Source: Chloroflexota bacterium (GTDB lineage Archaea; Iainarchaeota; Iainarchaeia; Iainarchaeales; GCA-2688035). Taken from it: a stretch of 46,593 nucleotides of DNA. Below are positions 19,649 through 29,447 of this stretch, in pieces; positions within the stretch are counted from its first letter, which is position 1; each line of letters begins with the position of its first letter. The notes beneath the pieces were generated by a model. That model had not been told where the DNA came from. It made no database searches and saw only the letters and a list, made by a program, of their open reading frames with translations. The DNA lies in NCBI GenBank assembly GCA_017610335.1, contig JAFCCG010000002.1, forward strand, positions 1 through 46,593, in the 5' to 3' direction. The position numbers were made by a program, and so were the translations under genes.

Positions 19649-21313
19649 TTAGTTTTTTACCCTGTACAAACCAATTTCGTCCCTTCCAACATAGTAATTT
19701 TTTATGAATTCAAGCCTGTTCCTCCAGCCATTTGGATAAATCTTATCCAAAAGTTTATCGTCACGACCAGATTTTATAAGCAGATGACTTGGTTTAAATC
19801 TTTCAAAAGGCTGTTTGTTATTAAAAGTATAGAACATCAAAATGCATTTTAGGTTTGTTTCAAAACAAAGGCAGTCAGTTGAAAGGCCCAAAACAACACT
19901 TTCTTCCGGAATATCTTTAGCAAGCTGCCTTGATGAATTAACCAACGTATATTTAGGATTAGAAGCCCAGTCAAAATATGGCACAAGGTTTGAAACAAGG
20001 AATGCAAACAAGACAATTAGAAGAATAGCCTGTCTTGCCTTTCTTGAAACACCAAAAGAAAAACCCTGCTTTCGCTTAACCAGTAAGAAAAGCAATGTAC
20101 CAATGACGAAGATTGCGGCAGAAAGCAACAAAACAGTTATAGCCTTTGCTGTCATATCATCGGAATTAAATAAGAACTTGACGGACCATATTGAAAATGC
20201 AAAACTTGCTAATGCAAGCCAGGAAAAAAAGCCAAGAACCGCAAGCCTTGAAAGTTTTGGCAAAGAAAACTTTTTTGAATCAAAAAAACTTATCAAAAAA
20301 TCGGCTGCCAGAAATGAAAGCGGAGGAAGCAAAATAAGGAAATACCGCGGAGGCTGATAAGACAAAAGAGCAAGCCCTGCAGAGCCAAACAAAAGCCAGC
20401 TTGCCATCAAAAGCCTTCCTTTAGAAGCGGAAAACCCTTTGGAGAGAAATTCCTGCAAAGCAAAAAGCAAAGCAATTAATGCAAGACCTGTAACAACAGC
20501 ACTTTGGAAAAAAATCCTGTTTACAAAAAAAATGGTAAAATTCCTAAGCATTTCAAACAAGGAAAAGGCTAAATGTGTTGGAACGTTTCCGCCAGAGAGG
20601 TCAAAAAACCTTGAATCCAGAAAAGAAATAATGCCAAAAAAAACAAAGAGGGCAATCGCAAGAATACCAGTCTGCGAGAGGGATGGTTTTTTGCTTGCCT
20701 TTCTTGAGGCAAGCAATACCACAAGCAAAACCGGAACAAAGATAATCGCCGTTGGCTTGAACAAAAAGGCAATGCAAAAAGAGGCAAGCGAGCCAGCCAC
20801 TAAGGCAAATGAATTTCCATTTCTGCTTTTATTGAAAAGGAAAAGCGAAAGCAACAAAAAGAAAACAACAAATGTTTCCAAAAAGCCAATTTTGTCAAAC
20901 ATCATTGCAGGAAAAGACAGAGCAAGAAAGAAGGCTGAAAGGAACGCAACTTTTTGGCCTGAAAAGCTTTTTGCAAGAAAGTAAAGCAAGGCAATTGACA
21001 AAACAGAAAAAATTACTGAAACAAGCCTCAATTGAATAACACCAACCCCGAACAAAGAAAATACAGGGTACAAAAGCCCGGTCATTACCGGTGACATAAA
21101 GGTCTTTGGGAGATCACAGTCAATTGGATAAATCTGACCAAAAAGCGCAAGGTTTCTTGCTTCAACAGCCCTTGACTCAGAGTCTGAAAAAGTGCTGCTG
21201 CTCCAAGTAAGATTTAAGGGCGCGTCAGCTTCAATAAAAACAGACCTCGACACAAAAGCAAGAAGCAAAATTCCCAAAAAGAAAAAAACCTCTTTTTGAT
21301 TTGACCGAAACAT
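19649..21313 (-). CDS. GT-C glycosyltransferase (ArnT/PMT, family 39-like)
   Basis: DSE loop after TM1, FGVGVIQLRLVS, FLET, FKPT, PPRYFL; multi-TM. Confidence 0.82.
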   Translation of the reverse strand: MFRSNQKEVFFFLGILLLAFVSRSVFIEADAPLNLTWSSSTFSDSESRAVEARNLALFGQIYPIDCDLPKTFMSPVMTGLLYPVFSLFGVGVIQLRLVSVIFSVLSIALLYFLAKSFSGQKVAFLSAFFLALSFPAMMFDKIGFLETFVVFFLLLSLFLFNKSRNGNSFALVAGSLASFCIAFLFKPTAIIFVPVLLVVLLASRKASKKPSLSQTGILAIALFVFFGIISFLDSRFFDLSGGNVPTHLAFSLFEMLRNFTIFFVNRIFFQSAVVTGLALIALLFALQEFLSKGFSASKGRLLMASWLLFGSAGLALLSYQPPRYFLILLPPLSFLAADFLISFFDSKKFSLPKLSRLAVLGFFSWLALASFAFSIWSVKFLFNSDDMTAKAITVLLLSAAIFVIGTLLFLLVKRKQGFSFGVSRKARQAILLIVLFAFLVSNLVPYFDWASNPKYTLVNSSRQLAKDIPEESVVLGLSTDCLCFETNLKCILMFYTFNNKQPFERFKPSHLLIKSGRDDKLLDKIYPNGWRNRLEFIKNYYVGRDEIGLYRVKN

Positions 21314-21376
21314 TCAAAAATTACAGTAGAAAACTATTTTAAACATTTATTGTCAATCTAACTGCGGAAAACCAAA

Positions 21377-21940
21377 TTAGAGTTGGTCTTTAGGCTTTAA
21401 CACCATAATCCACTGCAAAAAGAAAAAGTTTTTCACCTTGACTGGCTCAAAGTAATCTGAGTGAATTTCCACAATTTTTTTCCAACCAAGCTTGTGTTCC
21501 CAAGCATGCTCAAAAGTAAATTTGCAAAAAAGCCTTAGAATCTTGCTAAGCAGACTTGTTTCTCGTGGTATTGCAACAACCAAATATTTTGGCTTTAGCG
21601 CAAGAATTTGCTTTATTGCCTTCCTTAATTCAGATTCTGTCAAATGTTCAAAGACATTTGAAGCAAAAACTACATCGGGTCTTTGCTTTAATTCTGTCAA
21701 AAAAGAGATATCTGGTTTAAATAGTGGATTGATGTCGTAGGAAATATATTTCACACCAAATGGCAAAAACTTTTTCAACTGCTTTTCTCCAGCGCCAAAA
21801 TCCAAAACAGACATTCCACTTTTAAGCTTCGGGGTTTTTGCAACAGCTTTCATTAGAAAATTCCAGTAGAAATTAAAAAAAACGCTTTTCTGGCTGTTTT
21901 CATTAAAATGCATTTCTTGTTTTGTCATCTTAATCAACAA
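21377..21940 (-). CDS. Class I SAM-dependent methyltransferase
   Basis: VLDFGAGE, YDIN, NVFEHL; start may be 21928 or 21913. Confidence 0.8.
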   Translation of the reverse strand: MLIKMTKQEMHFNENSQKSVFFNFYWNFLMKAVAKTPKLKSGMSVLDFGAGEKQLKKFLPFGVKYISYDINPLFKPDISFLTELKQRPDVVFASNVFEHLTESELRKAIKQILALKPKYLVVAIPRETSLLSKILRLFCKFTFEHAWEHKLGWKKIVEIHSDYFEPVKVKNFFFLQWIMVLKPKDQL

Positions 21941-21998
21941 AGATTGGAAATGTTTTTATAACATTAAACTTTTTGCTTTTCACCCTAGTTTATAACAT

Positions 21999-23579
21999 TT
22001 AACTCTTTACTTTGCTTGCCATTCTCTTTAAGAGAAAAACAAGATAACCAGCCATCATCTTTGGATGACCAAACATCAATGCTGAAAATCGCTTGAAGAA
22101 ACGCGTTGGGTGCCTGAATGCAAGACTCAGATTGTATGAAAGCATATAACTACTTAGCATTGACTCAAGTTCTTTTGGAGTGAACTCATCAGTAACAATG
22201 TTGCCAACATAGAACTCTATGGCTCTTTTATCAAATCCTTTTCTCAAAAAGCCTTTTTTCTTGCAAATGTCATAAAGTTCAGAACCAGGCAAAGGCGTCG
22301 CAATAGCAATTCCAATCCCATCCAAATCAAGCTCTTTGGCAAAATTAAAAGTATCTTGGATTTGGACTTTGGTTTCTCCAGGAAATCCTATCACAAAAAG
22401 AGCCTTTGCAAGAATGCCATGCTTTTTAAGCAATGCAACAACTTCTCTGACCTTGTCAAGATTTACTGGCTTTTTGATTATCTTGTTTAAAACCTCTTGG
22501 TTACCAGACTCAATTGCGAGGTCAACCATATAACAACCGGATTCTTTCATTTTCTTTATAAGGGACTCGTCTAAAGTCCAAAGCGCGATACCGTTTGGAG
22601 CGCACCAGGAAAGATTAAACTTTCTGTCAATCATGCCCTGAAAAATTTTCATAGCCCTTTCCTTATCTGCAGTGAGATTGTCATCAATAAAACTTACTTC
22701 TTTTACACCATACTTTTTCACAAGCTGTTCAAGCTCATCCAAAACATTTTTAGGGCTTCTTGCCCTAAATCGCATTCCCCAAAAATGTGTGCTTGCGCAA
22801 AAAACACATTTTCCAGGACACCCCCTGCTGGTCATAACAGCAGTATTTCTTTTTTGGGTATAGCTAAGTCCGTGAGGCAGGGCTATTTCAAAGTATTTTT
22901 CCATTGGCAAAAGGTGCCTTGCAGGTAAAGGAAAGTCATCCAAGTTTTCAATAAACTTCATCTTTGGATTTATTTTAATTTTACCATTTTTTATGTAGGC
23001 AAGACCGTCCACTTTTGAAAAGTTTCTCTCACCCTGCAATTCATTAAGCATATTAATAAAAGAAATTTCACCTTCCCCTAATATTACAAAGTCGATGTTT
23101 TTCTCTTCTGCGAACTCTTTTGGAAGAGCGCCGGCATGTTCTCCACCAACAACAACCACAATTTTTGGGCTAATTTTTTTTGCAATTTCAGCAATTTTTA
23201 GAACATTTTCAAACTGAAAAGAAAAAAGGCAGGTTATTCCCAAAACACATGGATTAAATTTGCGAATTCTTTTCTCAATCTCCTCAAATGAAAGACCGTA
23301 TCTTACTCTTTTGCCATCAACATTTTCCTCATGAGTTATATCTTCAACCACTGCATCCAAAAGTTTAGTGTTGTAGCCGGCTTTTTCAACCATCGCTCCA
23401 AGACAAGCTAGGCCTAGAGGAACTGTGCAATACTTAAAACTTCCCTTTAGGGAGATTCCAGGTGGAGAAATAAGCATTATTCTTTCAATCTTTTTTTGCG
23501 AATTTCCAATTATTTTTCCTTGGTTTTCTGCGATATGCACTGGCCTCACCAAACCTTCCACGGTTTTGAGATTTTCCAC
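21999..23579 (-). CDS. Cobalamin-binding radical SAM protein
   Basis: VPLGLACL, GGEHA, GEGE, TSRGCPGKCVFC, AIESG; start may be GTG 23549 overlapping the rfbF stop. Confidence 0.9.
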   Translation of the reverse strand: MENLKTVEGLVRPVHIAENQGKIIGNSQKKIERIMLISPPGISLKGSFKYCTVPLGLACLGAMVEKAGYNTKLLDAVVEDITHEENVDGKRVRYGLSFEEIEKRIRKFNPCVLGITCLFSFQFENVLKIAEIAKKISPKIVVVVGGEHAGALPKEFAEEKNIDFVILGEGEISFINMLNELQGERNFSKVDGLAYIKNGKIKINPKMKFIENLDDFPLPARHLLPMEKYFEIALPHGLSYTQKRNTAVMTSRGCPGKCVFCASTHFWGMRFRARSPKNVLDELEQLVKKYGVKEVSFIDDNLTADKERAMKIFQGMIDRKFNLSWCAPNGIALWTLDESLIKKMKESGCYMVDLAIESGNQEVLNKIIKKPVNLDKVREVVALLKKHGILAKALFVIGFPGETKVQIQDTFNFAKELDLDGIGIAIATPLPGSELYDICKKKGFLRKGFDKRAIEFYVGNIVTDEFTPKELESMLSSYMLSYNLSLAFRHPTRFFKRFSALMFGHPKMMAGYLVFLLKRMASKVKS

Positions 23580-24304
23580 AACTCGTTTAGGTCAATATAG
23601 TCCTTATAGGTGTCCATCGAAGCAAAAAAACCATTGTGCTTGAACACAGCAAGCTTTCCAAGTGCAGCAATTTTTTTGAATGCTTCGTAGTCCATTTTAG
23701 AATCTTCCACATAATCAAAGACTGCCTTTTCCAAAACCATAAAGCCAATATTTATCCAGTTATCTGTCAAGGGCTTTTCAACAAAACAGATTGCAATTCC
23801 ATTTTTTTCCTTTACAGCCCCGTAATTAAGCCTTCTTCTCGAAATTGTCAAGGTTGCAATTGTTCCCTTTTCATTTTTCATTTTTTCATGAAATTCAATT
23901 ACTTTGTTTATATCAACATTTGAAACCCCGTCTCCATAAGTAAGCAAAAATGTTTCACCCTTAATATCTTTTTTTACCATATTTAGCCTTTTTCCAGTAG
24001 TGCTTTCAAGATCTGTGTTCTTTAGCACAACATCCCAATCATCAGCACAGTTTGAAGAAATTGACATGGGCTGATTTATTTCAAAAGAACTCTTGTGTGA
24101 AGGGTGTTTCAAAAAGAAATTCTTTATCATTTCTCCTTTGAAACCAACAGGAAGAATAAAACGCTTATGCCCAAAATAAGCATATCCCTTCATTATGTGC
24201 CAGAGAATTGGTTTTTCTCCAATTGGCACAAGTGGCTTTGGAGTAACATCTGTTTTTTCTGCAAGCCTTGTTCCCCTTCCACCACAAAAAATGACTACAT
24301 CCAT
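23546..24304 (-). CDS. rfbF: Glucose-1-phosphate cytidylyltransferase
   Basis: CGGRGTRL, PKPLVPIG.KPILWHIMK, TYGDG, HNGFFASMDT, PWKVW terminus. Confidence 0.88.
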   Translation of the reverse strand: MDVVIFCGGRGTRLAEKTDVTPKPLVPIGEKPILWHIMKGYAYFGHKRFILPVGFKGEMIKNFFLKHPSHKSSFEINQPMSISSNCADDWDVVLKNTDLESTTGKRLNMVKKDIKGETFLLTYGDGVSNVDINKVIEFHEKMKNEKGTIATLTISRRRLNYGAVKEKNGIAICFVEKPLTDNWINIGFMVLEKAVFDYVEDSKMDYEAFKKIAALGKLAVFKHNGFFASMDTYKDYIDLNELWKISKPWKVW

Positions 24305-24339
24305 AGCAAAATATTTACTACAGAAATGATTTAAATGCT

Positions 24340-25692
24340 TTAGTTGAGAGATGTTAATCCAACTGAAACAAATTTTGTGCTTTTTGGCAGGAGTTCCCTT
24401 TTAAGAAACCCACGGGAATCAAACAATAACTTAACATTAGTATAATTTGCCTCTTTGTATTCTAGCCAGGCTGTTGCAAGCACAACCGCATCAAAATTTT
24501 GCTGCAAGAAATCCGACAGACTTTCAAAAAAAACAACTTTTTTAGAATTATCATTCAAAGCCTTTTTTGCATTTTTAATAGCCATTGGATCGTGTGCCAA
24601 AACTATTGTTCCTTTCCCTAAAAGGTTTTGAATTATTTTTAAGGATTGTGATTCCCTTATATCGTCAGTTTCCGGCTTGAATGCAAGACCAAGAACGCCA
24701 ACTTTTTTTCCATTCAAAGAACCAAGTTCTTTTGAAAGCCTTTCAACAATGTGATCTGCTCTTTTCTGGTTTATTCCAACCACACTTTTCAAAAGATTTG
24801 GCAGATAACCCTTTTCCTCTGAAAAATGAATTATAGCATTCAAATCCTTCGGAAAGCAGCTTCCGCCAAAACCGCAACCCGCCCTAAGATATGTTAAAAT
24901 GTTTGGATTAACTCTTTTTTTATTAATAATTGGATTTAGTCTAAAGTCAAGGTGAACTGCCTTTAAGACATCTTCAACTGAAACACCAGGCAGTTTCTCA
25001 CAGAGATTAGCAAACTCGTTGCTAAAGCTTATTAAAGTTGCAATCAAACTGTTGTTTGCATACTTTATCATTTCAGCAGTAGACAAATTGGTTAAGACAA
25101 AAGGGGCGTTGTAAGAAGAATAAAGCTTTCGCATTATGCCTTTTTCTTTTTCACCAAGGCAACCCAAAACAATTCTGTCGGGCTCATTAAAGTCTTTTAC
25201 TGCACTACCCTCCCTCAAAAATTCAGGATTCATACAAAGACCAAAGTCGGTTCCTGCCTTTTTTCCAGAAGCCTGTTCAAGCAACGGACATACAATTTCC
25301 TGTGTTGTACCAGGAACAACAGTACTTTTTACAACAATTGCTGAAAAATCCTGCTTTTCTTTTAATTCATTTCCCAATTGCTTTGCAGCATTTTCCACAA
25401 ATGAGATGTCAATGCTTTTATCTGGCCTCATCGGAGTTCCAACAGCAATAAAAATTACTTCAGCTTCTTTTACAGCTTTGCTTAAATCAGATGTAGCCTG
25501 GAAAAGGCCTTTTTCTTTTGCTTGCAGAAAAATTTCTTCAAGACCTGGCTCAAAGATTGGAAGTTTACCCTTCTGCAACAAGCCAAGCTTTTCCTTATCA
25601 ATATCAAAGCAAATTACCTTGTGACCTTTTTCTGTAAAGCAAAGACCTGTTGTAAGACCAACATAGCCACAGCCCAAAATTGCAATATTCAT
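24340..25692 (-). CDS. ugd: UDP-glucose/NDP-sugar 6-dehydrogenase
   Basis: GCGYVGL, KSTVVPGT, NPEFLREG, GFGGSCFPKD. Confidence 0.88.
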   Translation of the reverse strand: MNIAILGCGYVGLTTGLCFTEKGHKVICFDIDKEKLGLLQKGKLPIFEPGLEEIFLQAKEKGLFQATSDLSKAVKEAEVIFIAVGTPMRPDKSIDISFVENAAKQLGNELKEKQDFSAIVVKSTVVPGTTQEIVCPLLEQASGKKAGTDFGLCMNPEFLREGSAVKDFNEPDRIVLGCLGEKEKGIMRKLYSSYNAPFVLTNLSTAEMIKYANNSLIATLISFSNEFANLCEKLPGVSVEDVLKAVHLDFRLNPIINKKRVNPNILTYLRAGCGFGGSCFPKDLNAIIHFSEEKGYLPNLLKSVVGINQKRADHIVERLSKELGSLNGKKVGVLGLAFKPETDDIRESQSLKIIQNLLGKGTIVLAHDPMAIKNAKKALNDNSKKVVFFESLSDFLQQNFDAVVLATAWLEYKEANYTNVKLLFDSRGFLKRELLPKSTKFVSVGLTSLN

Positions 25693-26753
25693 ACTTCAAC
25701 CTCCAAATGATACTGCCAGGTCCTTTCAAGACCCTCTTTTAGCATTACTTCCGGCTTCCAGTCTGAAAAAAACTCTTTCAATTTTGTTACGTTTGGACAT
25801 CTCCTGTTTGGATTATCTATAAGATAGTACTTGTCCTTGCTTTTTTTAAATTCAACTTCAAGATTTTTGCCACTTGTTTTAACAATGCACTTCGCCAGTT
25901 CTAGAATGCTTATTTCTTCCAAATCATTTCCAATGTTAAAAACTTCGCCATTGGCATCTGACAAAAGAACCTTAAAATGGCCTCTAATAGAATCAGTAAT
26001 GTAACAAAAACCCCTGGTTGGAGAGCCGTCACTTAATAACACTATGTTTTGATTGTTCCAAGCGTTTAACATAAAATCCGGCAAAACACGCTTGTCATGC
26101 AAGCCAAGCCTTGGACCATAAACATTAAAAGAACGGGAAATTCTTATTGGAACATTGAATTTTGTAAAGTAAACCATGCAAAGAGTTTCACCAAAGCGTT
26201 TGCTTTCATCATAACATGCACGTGGACCAGTACAGGAAACATTTCCCCTATAGGTTTCCTTTGTCGGAATGTTTTCCGGCGAAGGGTCACCATAAACTTC
26301 ACTTGTGCTGGTGAAAAGAAACGCCTCTACTTTATTTTTTTTAGCTAATTCAAGCAGATTTTTTGTTCCAAGAGTATTCGAATCCATTGTTTCAAGCGGG
26401 TTTTGCCTGAAAATTATGGGAGAAGCAATGCTCGCAGCATGTATTATAAAGTCAAGTTTTTCCTCAATCTCAAACGGTTTTGAGACATTTGCTTCAATGA
26501 ATTTAAAAAAAGGCTTTTTAAGCAAATTGGAAATTTTGCTTTTGTTACCCGAAATAAGATTGTCAACCGCGATTATTTTACAGTTTTTTTCAAGAAAATT
26601 TTCATTAAAGTAGGCTATTACATCACAAAAATAACTGCCCATAAAACCTGCTGCCCCAGTTATTAGCACTGTTTTTCCATTTAACTTTTTGCAGTCTTCC
26701 TTTAGAAATTTTGCTATGTTTTCAATATCTTCCTTTACTATTTTGGTTTGCAA
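25689..26753 (-). CDS. NDP-glucuronate decarboxylase-like SDR
   Basis: GAAGFMG, HAASIASP, STSEVYG, GPRACYDESKR. Confidence 0.85.
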   Translation of the reverse strand: MQTKIVKEDIENIAKFLKEDCKKLNGKTVLITGAAGFMGSYFCDVIAYFNENFLEKNCKIIAVDNLISGNKSKISNLLKKPFFKFIEANVSKPFEIEEKLDFIIHAASIASPIIFRQNPLETMDSNTLGTKNLLELAKKNKVEAFLFTSTSEVYGDPSPENIPTKETYRGNVSCTGPRACYDESKRFGETLCMVYFTKFNVPIRISRSFNVYGPRLGLHDKRVLPDFMLNAWNNQNIVLLSDGSPTRGFCYITDSIRGHFKVLLSDANGEVFNIGNDLEEISILELAKCIVKTSGKNLEVEFKKSKDKYYLIDNPNRRCPNVTKLKEFFSDWKPEVMLKEGLERTWQYHLEVEV

Positions 26754-26853
26754 GAAAACCCCCCTCCACTTTTTTTGCGTTAAAATAATAAGAACTGTGT
26801 TGTTTTTTAATATATTGCAAACATGATTAAATTAAAGAAATAGTGCTTTTTTT

Positions 26854-27732
26854 ATGGCAAAATTGGTTGAATTGAAAAAAAAGGCTGCAGGCATTAGAAA
26901 GAAAATTGTTGAAATGTCCTACAAGTCAAACGCTTCGCACATTGGCGGTGCATTGAGCTGTACAGATATTCTTACTGTTTTGTATTTTGATGTAATGAAA
27001 ATAAACCCTAAAAGACCATTGGAAAAAACAAGAGACAGACTTGTTTTAAGCAAGGGCCATGCTGCGGCAACTCTGTTCTCTATTTTGGCAGAAAAAGGTT
27101 TTTTTGAGAAAAAAACTTTGGAAGAATTTCATGTAGAAAACGGCAGGCTTTGGGGTCACCCAAATTTAGGAATTGTGCCAGGAGTGGAAGCAACAACCGG
27201 GAGCCTTGGACACGGCCTTCCGATAGGTGTTGGAATGGCATTAGCCGGAAAATTAGACGGGTTGAATTACAATGTTTTTGTCGTGCTAAGCGACGGAGAA
27301 TGCGAGGAAGGAAGCAACTGGGAAGCAGCATTAAGTGCAGCGCACAACAAGCTTGACAATCTTGTTGCAATAATTGACTACAACAAATGGCAGTGCTTTG
27401 GAAAAACCAACGAAGTGGTTAATTTAGAGCCGCTTGCCGAAAAATGGAAAGCGTTTGGCTTTTCTGTAAAAGAAGTAAACGGCCACAATTTTGAAGAGCT
27501 TGTTTCGACCTTTAAAGAAGTGCCTTTTGAAAAGGGAAAGCCAAGCATGATAATTGCTAACACAGTAAAAGGAAAAGGAATTAGTTTTATGGAAGACTGC
27601 CTTGAATGGCACTATAAAAGTCCGAACAAAGAGCAGTGCAGGCAGGCGTTTGAGGAAATTGAAAAACAGGCAATACCCGGCAGCAAAAGCAAGGAAAAAG
27701 AAAAAAATAAAATTAAAGGTGAAAGCAAATGA
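26854..27732 (+). CDS. Transketolase, N-terminal (TPP-binding) subunit
   Basis: SHIGGALS, LSKGHA, TGSLGHGL, SDGECEEGSNWEA. Confidence 0.92.
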   Translation: MAKLVELKKKAAGIRKKIVEMSYKSNASHIGGALSCTDILTVLYFDVMKINPKRPLEKTRDRLVLSKGHAAATLFSILAEKGFFEKKTLEEFHVENGRLWGHPNLGIVPGVEATTGSLGHGLPIGVGMALAGKLDGLNYNVFVVLSDGECEEGSNWEAALSAAHNKLDNLVAIIDYNKWQCFGKTNEVVNLEPLAEKWKAFGFSVKEVNGHNFEELVSTFKEVPFEKGKPSMIIANTVKGKGISFMEDCLEWHYKSPNKEQCRQAFEEIEKQAIPGSKSKEKEKNKIKGESK

Positions 27733-28661
27733 GGCAAGCATTTACAAAAGCACTGGTTAAGGCATCTGAAAAAGACAAAAGCATTATTTTGCTTACAGGA
27801 GACCTTGGCTTCACGGTTTTGGAGCCGTTTATGGAAAAATTCCCAAAAAGGTTCTTCAACATGGGGGTTTCAGAGCAAAACATGGTTGGGGTTGCAGCAG
27901 GTCTTGCATTGTCCGGCAAAAAGCCCTTTGTTTACAGCATTATTCCTTTTGCAGCAATGAGGCCTTTTGAGCAAATCAGGAACGACATATGCTACCAAAA
28001 AGCAAACGTGAAGATAGTGGGGGTCGGAGCAGGACTTTCTTATGCTTTGGACGGGCCAACACACCACAGCATAATAGATATTGCAATAATGAGGGCTTTG
28101 CCAAACATGACAGTGGTTTGCCCGGCTGATTCAATTGAAGCAGGCCTTGCAACAAAGGCTTTGGCAGAATTTAAAGGGCCGGCTTACTTAAGGCTTGGAA
28201 AAAGCAGGGTACCGCAAGCGCACAAGCAAAACATCAGCTTTGAGATTGGAAAGGCAATTGAAGTAAGAAAAGGAGAGGACGCTGCCCTTATTGCAACAGG
28301 CGAAATGGTTTCAGTTGCCTGCGATGCAGCCGAATCTTTGGCTGAAAAAGGCATTGAATGCAGGGTGTTAAGCATGCACACAATAAAGCCATTGGACAGG
28401 GAAGCCGTGCTAAAGGCTGCAAAGGAAACAAAACTTGTCCTGTCAATTGAAGAGCACAGCGTGATTGGCGGCCTTGGAAGCGCCGTAACAGAAGTGCTTG
28501 CAGAATCAGACAGGTGTGTTTTATTTGAAAGGCTTGGTGTCCAAGACAGGTTTGCTGAAAAGATAACAGACCAAAACGGGCTGCGGGAAGAAAATGGCTT
28601 AACAGCAAAGCAGATTGCTGAAAAGGTCTTGAAAAGAATCGGAAAACAAGCACACAGGTGA
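27729..28661 (+). CDS. Transketolase, C-terminal subunit
   Basis: GVSEQNM, FEQIRND, DGPTHH, EEHSVIGGLGS; ATGA overlap with the N subunit. Confidence 0.92.
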   Translation: MRQAFTKALVKASEKDKSIILLTGDLGFTVLEPFMEKFPKRFFNMGVSEQNMVGVAAGLALSGKKPFVYSIIPFAAMRPFEQIRNDICYQKANVKIVGVGAGLSYALDGPTHHSIIDIAIMRALPNMTVVCPADSIEAGLATKALAEFKGPAYLRLGKSRVPQAHKQNISFEIGKAIEVRKGEDAALIATGEMVSVACDAAESLAEKGIECRVLSMHTIKPLDREAVLKAAKETKLVLSIEEHSVIGGLGSAVTEVLAESDRCVLFERLGVQDRFAEKITDQNGLREENGLTAKQIAEKVLKRIGKQAHR

Positions 28662-28700
28662 TTGTGTTTGAAAAAAACTAATCAAAATTAGAAGAAGACT

Positions 28701-29399
28701 TTAATTGCTTTTCCTCTTCCAGACCTTGTACGCTCTTCTTGTGTCTTTAATAAGCTTTTCCGGATTAAGGCCCATTCTGATTAGTTCCAATTCAATCAGC
28801 CACTTCGAAAAAAACTCCTTGTCCAAAAGGCGGATTTTGCCCTTTACCGAACCCTTTTTGCTCAAATGCCTTTCAAGCAATGTTCCATAAGCATCTTTCA
28901 AAGCAAAGATATCCTGCCCCCATTTAGTTGGATTGCCCTTTTTATCATACGCCACCGGCACACCCCTGCAAACACCGTCAGCATACAAAACAATTTTTTG
29001 CTCCAAGGACAGCTTGTCGAGGTTTTTTGGAGTAATCCTTTGAAAGTGAAGCGATTCCATTGGAGCAACCAATTGAGCAAGCTCCGGGAAACCCATTTTT
29101 TCAAAATATCTAATTGCAACACGTTCCTCATTCATGCCTTTTTCTGCCAAGTGCCTGAATATATCGTGTGCAAAAGCGCCTCTTGAAACAAAAATAGGGT
29201 CAACTTTTGCCTTTCCGGCCGCATTCAACTGCTTTGCTGTTTTTCTGGAAGCAATCTCACAAAGCCTGCAGTGGTCTCTCACTCCAAAATAACCGTGTTT
29301 GAATAAGCCCTTGAGCATTCTGTCAATTTTTTTCCTTGAAGGAAGAGGAGGCTTTTTGGAAGCTGCCCGAGAAGCATGAGAAAGCTTTCTTGAACGCAT
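28701..29399 (-). CDS. HD-domain protein (degenerate) with basic termini
   Basis: DHC...AHDI...LEQKIVLYAD pattern of HD phosphohydrolases. Confidence 0.7.
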   Translation of the reverse strand: MRSRKLSHASRAASKKPPLPSRKKIDRMLKGLFKHGYFGVRDHCRLCEIASRKTAKQLNAAGKAKVDPIFVSRGAFAHDIFRHLAEKGMNEERVAIRYFEKMGFPELAQLVAPMESLHFQRITPKNLDKLSLEQKIVLYADGVCRGVPVAYDKKGNPTKWGQDIFALKDAYGTLLERHLSKKGSVKGKIRLLDKEFFSKWLIELELIRMGLNPEKLIKDTRRAYKVWKRKSN

Positions 29400-29447
29400 A
29401 CAAGTTTAATGGCAACAAACCTTTAAAAAAACTTTTAGAAAAAAAAG

